Translations under genes and position numbers: made by a program
Shown here: positions 18,345 to 24,000 of the stretch, piece after piece
How positions within the stretch are numbered: position 1 is the first letter of the stretch
Layout: each line of letters begins with the position of its first letter
The notes under the pieces: generated by a model
Databases searched by the model: none
What the model was told of the DNA's origin: nothing
The model's input: only the letters and a program-made list of their open reading frames with translations
From: an uncultured Planctomycetaceae bacterium
Lineage (GTDB): Bacteria; Planctomycetota; Planctomycetia; Planctomycetales; Planctomycetaceae
Length of the DNA stretch: 24,000 nt
Direction of reading: 5' to 3'
NCBI GenBank assembly: GCA_963756305.1
Contig: CAVWNP010000007.1
Coordinates: 218,883 to 242,882, forward strand

Positions 18345-19091
18345 TCAAAAGAGGTCCCGGGGCGATTCGTCAGCAAATGGATGGAGTGCACCCAGCAATT
18401 TGGGCTTGGGAAGGGCGTCGACGAGTGCCTCGGCCATCTTGAAGTCGGCGAAGGTCGTAATCTTGATATTCATCGGCCAGCCCTCGACAACCGTCACGGG
18501 ATAGCCCGTGTTCTCGACAAGTTGTGCTTCGTCGGTGGCCGCCAAATTGCCGCGCTTGGCAAAGGCGTCCAAGAGCAGTTGACGCCGAAAAACCTGCGGC
18601 GTCTGTGCCTGCCACAGCCCTTCTCGCGACACGGTCTCGAGAATGCGCGAATTGGGTCCGACTCGCTTCAACGTGTTGGCGGTGGGAATGGCGGGAATGG
18701 CGGCCCCGGATTTCTCGGCCGCGGCAAAGATCGTGTCGACCCATTCCTTCACGATCAACGGGCGTGCCGCGTCGTGCACCGCGACGAATTCGACGTCGCT
18801 CTTCACGCGCGCGAGTGCGTTTTGCACCGATTGGAACCGTTCTTCTCCCCCCTCGATGATATCGATGTTCATGAAGGCCAGGTTCGGCCGGAACTTTTCC
18901 TTGACCCACTCCGAATCTTCGCGGGAAACGACCAGGAGCACCTGTTTGACGTCGTCCCGATTGACGAAGCACTCGGCCGCCCGGACCCAGGTGGGTCGCC
19001 CCTTGAGATCGACGAACGGCTTTTTTCGCTTATGCGAGGTAAACCGCGTGCTCTTACCGGCCGCGGGGAGAATGACTGCAAACGTGGCCAT
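18345..19091 (-). CDS. ispD: 2-C-methyl-D-erythritol 4-phosphate cytidylyltransferase
   Basis: MATFAVILPAAGKSTRF.. is a P-loop-like IspD N-terminus at ATG 19091; the track ORF extends to 19145. Further text is VAVHDAARPL, TLKRV, LWQAQTPQVF and TDEAQLVE. A short C-terminal extension follows. The stop is 18 nt upstream of the mfnB-like start. Confidence 0.85.
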   Translation of the reverse strand: MATFAVILPAAGKSTRFTSHKRKKPFVDLKGRPTWVRAAECFVNRDDVKQVLLVVSREDSEWVKEKFRPNLAFMNIDIIEGGEERFQSVQNALARVKSDVEFVAVHDAARPLIVKEWVDTIFAAAEKSGAAIPAIPTANTLKRVGPNSRILETVSREGLWQAQTPQVFRRQLLLDAFAKRGNLAATDEAQLVENTGYPVTVVEGWPMNIKITTFADFKMAEALVDALPKPKLLGALHPFADESPRDLF

Positions 19092-19349
19092 CGGCGCTTC
19101 TCCAATTACCGCGTCGATAATAGTCCGACATCTTGGACCGGACAACCGATCGGTCCGCGATGATCCTCGGGGGGCTTTTGGGCCGCTGCGTGGGATTCAA
19201 TGCAGATGTTTACCACCAAGACACATTGCTTTGAATCCGCCCCGATGGCGGAAAGACACCAAGAAAGGCAAGAGAGAATCCGCAGATTACGCCGATTTGA
19301 ATTTCAAAATCTGCGTCCTTCTGCGAAATCTGCGGAGAACTGCTTCTTA

Positions 19350-19464
19350 GTTCTAGTAGGGTGGGACCAGCGAGGCTTTGCGAGCGCGGCCCACCTTCTT
19401 TTCGATCACCGCATGAAGAAGGTGGGCCGGCGGCCGAAGCGGGCTTGTCCCACCCTACTAGAAC
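19350..19464. repeat. nested palindromic element (REP/MITE-like) built from GGTGGG/CCCACC motifs
   Basis: The outer inverted repeat is perfect over 18 bp: 19350-19367 (gttctagtagggtgggac) versus 19447-19464. The inner inverted repeat is perfect over 14 bp: 19387-19400 (cggcccaccttctt) versus 19416-19429, with a 15-nt loop. The 17-19-nt spacers between the outer and inner arms are only partly complementary. Track ORFs 19200..19532, 19210..19539 and 19361..19552 are translations of this element. Confidence 0.75.
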
Positions 19465-19488
19465 GTCTATCGCAAAATGGTGGTATTC

Positions 19489-19526
19489 GGTGCCACTGGC
19501 GAGCCAAAGCCCTCGCCAGTGGCACC
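19489..19526 (-). terminator. perfect 15-bp hairpin 59 nt downstream of the LptF/G-like gene (candidate terminator or RNA-stability element)
   Basis: ggtgccactggcgag (19489-19503) pairs with ctcgccagtggcacc (19512-19526) around an 8-nt loop. On the minus strand only a weak AUUUUG follows, about 11 nt later, so it is not a canonical intrinsic terminator. Confidence 0.3.
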
Positions 19527-19584
19527 CCGTGACGTCCACAATTTTGAACTAGACCGACTACTACGAAGTTACCACCCGGGCCAG

Positions 19585-20700
19585 TCACGTCTGCATGATG
19601 CCGGTGAACCAGGCGAAGAGCGTGCCCGTCGTAATGATGGGAATCCAGGCGGACAACTCCGGCGAGATGGCGCCCGTCTTGCCGCCGTAGGCAACTGCCT
19701 CCGCGAGGCCCAACATGGCCGTCAGCGTCGCGGCCGAGAGTGCCATATTTGTAATCAGTCCGCGGCTCTCCTTGCGGAGGATGAGCGGAATCGCCAAGAG
19801 GGCGGCCAGGATATTCGCAAATGGCCGAACCAGCCGCGCGTGCAGGTGTTGCGAGAGTCGCTCGGTGGCCTGGCCAAACGCCGGGCTCTTCAGGCGACGG
19901 ATCAGCTCGGCCGTCGAAATCAGCTTGGAACTTTGCAGCCGGTTGTAGAGCAAATCGAACGACAGGTCGCTGACGATAAAGAGTTCCTTGGGGCTCTCCA
20001 GGGCCAGTACCAGCTTGCGTCCCTCTTTGGTGAGGCCAAGCTGCGAATACGGTGTCTCGACATTCTTGAGCCGCCAGCCGGACGGATTGCCGTCTTTCGA
20101 CGGATAGTACACGGCTTCGGCGGCGTTCACCGTCGTCATTTCCTGGGCGACCTCGCCGCGCGGCAAAATGAACTGTGCGTGCTTGATCATTTGCGGGTTG
20201 AGCGAGAGATCCTGCCCGTCGATATGGATGCCGCTCGACGGATCGGTTAGCGGCTCGATCTCGACGGATCCCTTCATCAGCGAGTCGCGCGGCGTCTGCA
20301 GCACGTCGGCAATGCGGGGGATCACCAATTCCTGATTGGCCGTCATCAGCCCGTTCACAAAGGCCGTGCTGATCACGACGGGCAACAGCAACCGCCACGT
20401 CGGCACACCGGCCGCCAGGATTGGGTGCAATTCGGAATTTCGCAAGAGGAGGGCAAAGACAACCATCGCGTCGATGACGGTCAGAATCGGGCCGCACATA
20501 TCGAGGAACATCGTCGATTGATACGCGTAGTAGGACCCCATGCGGGCCAGCAGTGCCAGAGTGGTCGATCCGTGCTCCTGGAATTCGTCGACGTTGGAAA
20601 ACCCGTCGATCACGACAAAGAGTCCAAACACGCTCACAAACAGAATCACGAAGATCTGCAGGTAGCGGCTGATCAAATAGCGATCGAACGTTGTGTTCAC
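19585..20700 (-). CDS. LptF/LptG family permease (YjgP/YjgQ)
   Basis: A GTG 20700 start gives (M)NTTFDRYLISRYLQIFVILFVSVFGLFVVIDGF.., the typical family N-terminus; the track ORF uses TTG 20751. The layout is N-terminal TM helices, a central soluble beta-rich domain, and C-terminal TM helices (LVRPFANILAALLAIPLIL...). The GTG overlaps the upstream gene's TGA as GTGA (20700-20697). Confidence 0.75.
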   Translation of the reverse strand: MNTTFDRYLISRYLQIFVILFVSVFGLFVVIDGFSNVDEFQEHGSTTLALLARMGSYYAYQSTMFLDMCGPILTVIDAMVVFALLLRNSELHPILAAGVPTWRLLLPVVISTAFVNGLMTANQELVIPRIADVLQTPRDSLMKGSVEIEPLTDPSSGIHIDGQDLSLNPQMIKHAQFILPRGEVAQEMTTVNAAEAVYYPSKDGNPSGWRLKNVETPYSQLGLTKEGRKLVLALESPKELFIVSDLSFDLLYNRLQSSKLISTAELIRRLKSPAFGQATERLSQHLHARLVRPFANILAALLAIPLILRKESRGLITNMALSAATLTAMLGLAEAVAYGGKTGAISPELSAWIPIITTGTLFAWFTGIMQT

Positions 20701-21914
20701 AGGCGTGCGGCTCCCGCATCGGCCGTCCGCGCTCCGACAAGCACAGGCCAATTCGGGCGCTTCGCCGGGGCAACCGTGGCGCCGGCGTATCGCCGCCGGG
20801 CGTCATCCTGGGGCTCGAACAGATGGCGCACGAGATACAGGAGGAAGATCAGAGCCAGCGCGGGCTTCAGCCAGATGTGTTCGCCGGGCGGAGTCAGCGC
20901 CCGCACGAGTTCGTCGCCTGCCGCCAAAAGAAACAACATCAGTGACATCACGCCGACGGCCAGGCGATGCCGATTGTTGCCGATCCAGGGCGCAGCGAAG
21001 AGACCGATCACCGGGCCGAGCAGGGCGTATGTGTTGTTCTCGGTCCGCGGATTAAACAGCAGAATGTAGATCACTGTGAACGCCAGCAAATACTCAACCG
21101 CACGGACCTGGCGCTGGTTGCGCTGAGCCAACCAGCACAACACAAGCGTCCCCAACCCGGCGGCGACGCGGATCATCGTCTGAACGGATTCCGGAACGGT
21201 GATGTGCATCAGACTGAGCACGCTAAAAGGCTGGGCCCAAAGTTCGTTCATACCGCACAAGGAGGACGCCCGGAACATTTGCAGACTCATCGCATACTGA
21301 GCGGCCACATAGTGCGGTGATTGCGTGAGGAATGGGAACAACAGCACGCAGGCCACGCCGAGCACCAAACGCCAGGCCATTCGCCAATCGAGAGCCGCGA
21401 CAACCAAAAGCATGGCCAGGCTGAGCGGCTTGAATGCCAGACTGAGCGAGAGCCACAAGGCGGCCCGCCAGCGACTCGGTCCGGCGGGACCGGTCTGTGC
21501 CAGATCGACCACCGCCAGAATCATGAATGCCATCATGATCAGCGTCGACTGCCCGTTGCGGGCACACGACAAGGCAGGCGGAAGCGAGGCCAACGTCAAA
21601 AGCGGAAACAGATCAACCGGCAAACCGCGTCCTACGACACGCGAGAGCCGTCGGATGCTGATCGCGAAAGATCCAATCGTCAACAGCCGCCAGACGATAT
21701 CGCCGGCAGCAATCGGCAACACGGCACAGGGAGCAAAGAGAATCGCTGCCGAGGGCAGATACAGAAAGCCGTGTCCCGTCGCGTTGTAGACGTCCTTCCC
21801 TGCAAACCACTGCAGGGACGCGTCACGATAGGCGGGCACCACGGTGTGGTCGCTGCCCACCAGGATGAGGACGTCGATGATCAGAATCAGCGCCAACCCA
21901 ACTGGCCCAGGCAC
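20697..21914 (-). CDS. GT87 / DUF2029 family polytopic glycosyltransferase (PimE-like, polyprenyl-phosphate-sugar dependent)
   Basis: Intact 405-codon ORF with GTG at 21914. It has N-terminal family-like text (SDHTVVPAYRDASLQWFAGKDVYNATGHGFLYLPSAAILFAPCAVLP), then continuous TM-rich sequence. It starts 42 nt after the GT2 gene stop. Confidence 0.65.
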   Translation of the reverse strand: MPGPVGLALILIIDVLILVGSDHTVVPAYRDASLQWFAGKDVYNATGHGFLYLPSAAILFAPCAVLPIAAGDIVWRLLTIGSFAISIRRLSRVVGRGLPVDLFPLLTLASLPPALSCARNGQSTLIMMAFMILAVVDLAQTGPAGPSRWRAALWLSLSLAFKPLSLAMLLVVAALDWRMAWRLVLGVACVLLFPFLTQSPHYVAAQYAMSLQMFRASSLCGMNELWAQPFSVLSLMHITVPESVQTMIRVAAGLGTLVLCWLAQRNQRQVRAVEYLLAFTVIYILLFNPRTENNTYALLGPVIGLFAAPWIGNNRHRLAVGVMSLMLFLLAAGDELVRALTPPGEHIWLKPALALIFLLYLVRHLFEPQDDARRRYAGATVAPAKRPNWPVLVGARTADAGAARL

Positions 21915-21956
21915 CCCAGAGTGCGGCCTGATCGGGTGAAATGCGTTTCGGCACTG

Positions 21957-22763
21957 TCACGCGGCGGCCTTCCGCTCTTCCGGCGCGGCAACCGGCTCGA
22001 GCGGCGCGTAAGCCCCCCGCAGCCCCCGCACGCGGATCTGAAACACTTCCCACAGCATGGGCAGCGTGTGCCGCCAGACCGAAATGCTCGACGATTCCTC
22101 GTTAATCAGCGCCACGGGAATGCGCCGGTATTTGAGGCCCAGATGGCGTGAAAGAAAGACCACTTCGGCATCGAATGCGAAGCCGTCGATCAAGGTGCGC
22201 GAAAAAATCGCCTGGCTCGCTTCCGAGCTGAAAAGCTTCAATCCGGCCTGCGTATCGGTGACATCGGGCGAGATGAGAAATCGCACGATCTGGCTAAACA
22301 CGGCCGACGCGGCACGCCGGAGCACGCGGCGATGGACGAATTGACGCGAGCCTTCGAGGTCCCGCGCACCAAAGGCGACCTGACATTGTGCACTGTGGAT
22401 CAGCTCATAGCCGGCCCGCAGGCTTTTGAGAGCATAGGGCAAGTCGGCATCGGTAAACGCCACCACGCGGCCGGATCCGCTGAGCATGCCGGCCCGCACG
22501 GCCGCGCCTTTTCCACGATTTTGCGGCAGCGAGAGCGTCGAAAACCGCGGGCCGAATCCGGCAGCAACTTGCGGCGTGCCGTCGCGGCTGCCGTCGTCGG
22601 CCACCACAACGCGGTAGTTGATGCCCCACTGATCGAGGTATTCGCGCAGCTGCTGCAATGTTCGCGGCAGGCGGTTTTCCTCGTTGTACGCCGGAATCAC
22701 AAGCGTGAGGTCGTGATCGGGCGCGCGTGAGGGCAATTTCAGGATTTGAGGGGAGTGAGACAT
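21957..22763 (-). CDS. GT2 glycosyltransferase, polyprenyl/dolichyl-phosphate sugar synthase-like
   Basis: An ATG 22763 start gives MSHSPQILKLPSRAPDHDLTLVIPAYNEENRLPRTL..; the track ORF extends to 22925 through Arg/Pro-rich junk. Further text is VVVADDGSRDGT, NRGKGAAVRAGM, FTDADL and TDTQAGLKLF, the GT2 DxD/Q-x-G layout seen in Dpm1/Alg5/ArnC-type enzymes. Confidence 0.8.
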   Translation of the reverse strand: MSHSPQILKLPSRAPDHDLTLVIPAYNEENRLPRTLQQLREYLDQWGINYRVVVADDGSRDGTPQVAAGFGPRFSTLSLPQNRGKGAAVRAGMLSGSGRVVAFTDADLPYALKSLRAGYELIHSAQCQVAFGARDLEGSRQFVHRRVLRRAASAVFSQIVRFLISPDVTDTQAGLKLFSSEASQAIFSRTLIDGFAFDAEVVFLSRHLGLKYRRIPVALINEESSSISVWRHTLPMLWEVFQIRVRGLRGAYAPLEPVAAPEERKAAA

Positions 22764-23058
22764 GCTTTGGTTCACGGACCCGTGATTCGCCGAACGGCGG
22801 ATTTGAGGAACGCGGCCGCCGTTTGGAGACTGACCCTGGTGAAGGAACCGACCGGGCGGCCAAAGGCCGACCGAGCGGCAGGGCCGGCGACGGTCGCGGT
22901 TGGATGTCCCGGAGAGTCGAGGCACTCTTTAGCTTCGTTTCGAAAACGCGTCAACTCATCTTCGTCTTCGCGCCGACCGGCATTTGACCATAATGCGTGC
23001 CTTTCGCGGACGCCCCAAGATGGGCCTGTGTGACAGTCCGACGAGGAGAACCGCGACG

Positions 23059-24000
23059 ATGCAACCCATGACGGGTCAATCGGTTCCCGGTACGCCGACT
23101 CCGGCGGGGGCCGAAGCGCCAGTTGCCCGCACTCGACCGTGGGGGCGCGAGCCGGAACTCTTGGTTCTGCTCGCCCTCACCGCCTGTTTTTACATGATTC
23201 GCGTCACCGATCTTTCGGTGCGCGGCGAGGAGTCGCGGCGCGGGCGAATCGCCTGGGAGATGTGGCACTCCGGCGATTGGATCGTTCCCCGGATTCAGGG
23301 CCAGCCCGTTTTCTTTCGCCCGCCGCTGCAGAATTGGCTGATCGCGCTGGTGGGCATGGTGCACGGAAGCGTCGACGAGTTCGCCCTGCGCGTGCCGAGC
23401 GTGTTGGCCATCCTCGTCCTTGTCGTCATTGTTTATGGCTACGGTCGCAGCTTCCTCTCCCGTTTCGGCGCGTTCTTCTGCGCACTGTCCCTCGTCAGTT
23501 TGGGGCAAGTGCTGGAACTTGGGCGTCTCGGTGAAACGGATTCACTCTTCACGTTGTTCCTGGCGGGTTCTTTGCTCACCTGGAAGTGGTGCCGGAACGC
23601 GGGCGTTTCCGAGCGCCGCGCTTGGTGCTGCGGATATGCCCTGGCGGCCTTGGCGACGCTGACAAAAGGGCCGCAGGCGCCTTTGTACTTTGTCGGCGCG
23701 GTGGCCATCTTTTGTTTGATCACAGGGCGAAGGCGGGAACTCTTCTCACGGGACCATCTCGTCGGCCTGCTGACCGGTCTGGCGATCGTCGGGCTGTGGC
23801 AGGTGCCATACGCGATCAAGATGGGACCGAGGGCCTCCTACGATATTTATTTTCACGACGTGGGCCCGCGGTTTTTCGATTTCACCGTGGGCAACGTGCT
23901 TGGCCACATGGTGACGTATCCGTTGGAGTTGTTGTCGGGATCGCTTCTGCCCTGGTCCGCATGGCTCATCTGCCTGTTGAGCGATGACTTTCGCAGGCAC
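23059..24000 (+). CDS. ArnT-like GT-C glycosyltransferase (PMT_2 / GT83-GT39 type), 5' part; continues beyond the window
   Basis: This ORF is absent from the track because it has no stop in the window. ATG 23059 follows AGGAG (23044-23048), and 314 codons stay open to position 24000. The text is MQPMTGQS...LLVLLALTACFYMIRVTDLSVRGEESRRGRIAWEMWHSGDWIVPRIQGQPVFFRPPLQNWLIALVGMVHGSVDEFALRVPSVLAILVLVVIVYGYG...ATLTKGPQAPLYF.. This matches the ArnT/PMT_2 N-terminal pattern (E..R...A.EM..SGDW..P...G.P...KPPL..W). Confidence 0.75.
   Translation, partial: MQPMTGQSVPGTPTPAGAEAPVARTRPWGREPELLVLLALTACFYMIRVTDLSVRGEESRRGRIAWEMWHSGDWIVPRIQGQPVFFRPPLQNWLIALVGMVHGSVDEFALRVPSVLAILVLVVIVYGYGRSFLSRFGAFFCALSLVSLGQVLELGRLGETDSLFTLFLAGSLLTWKWCRNAGVSERRAWCCGYALAALATLTKGPQAPLYFVGAVAIFCLITGRRRELFSRDHLVGLLTGLAIVGLWQVPYAIKMGPRASYDIYFHDVGPRFFDFTVGNVLGHMVTYPLELLSGSLLPWSAWLICLLSDDFRRH

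Noticed and set aside
19200-19552. Three overlapping 63-110-aa ORFs on both strands in the ispD-upstream spacer.
   Set aside because: They are translations of the palindromic repeat and hairpins, and the same DNA is read on both strands. No start context or domain supports them.
22764-23058. A promoter call in the divergent GT2 / ArnT-like intergenic region (TTGACC at 22984-22989 and CATAAT at 22989-22994).
   Set aside because: The two hexamers overlap each other, so they cannot be a -35/-10 pair. No properly spaced partner hexamer is present. The region is left uncalled.

Overview
High-GC (about 60%) chromosomal segment that looks Planctomycetota (Pirellulales-like). The evidence is a DUF1549/DUF1553 (PSD1) plus DUF1501 gene pair, an MfnB/DUF556-type gene, and GGTGGG/CCCACC palindromic intergenic repeats. 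Left to right: a coiled-coil hypothetical; PSD1 and DUF1501 genes; a DUF151 nuclease; one tRNA (anticodon UAU); a serine hydrolase (beta-lactamase fold); a Wzx-type flippase; a small alpha/beta hydrolase; a large polytopic membrane protein; a 2OG-Fe(II) oxygenase; cysE; a GyrI-like protein; an Ldh_2 dehydrogenase; a small ORF missing from the track; and a membrane-anchored LysM protein. These are followed by a minus-strand ispD, mfnB-like and hypothetical operon, a 490-bp structured intergenic region, and an envelope glycosylation cluster. In that cluster a GT2, a GT87/DUF2029 and an LptF/G-like permease sit on the minus strand, divergent from an ArnT-like GT-C gene that runs off the right edge. 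I see no transposase, integrase, CRISPR array, toxin-antitoxin or recognisable defence genes, and no convincing novel multi-gene system. The most striking property is technical or evolutionary. At least 20 reading-frame breaks, all those I could resolve lying at short homopolymers, are confined to 7 genes in the left 15 kb. About 9 kb on the right and several interspersed genes are clean. Many ORF-track entries are therefore fragments of one gene, or antisense/off-frame artefacts typical of high-GC DNA.
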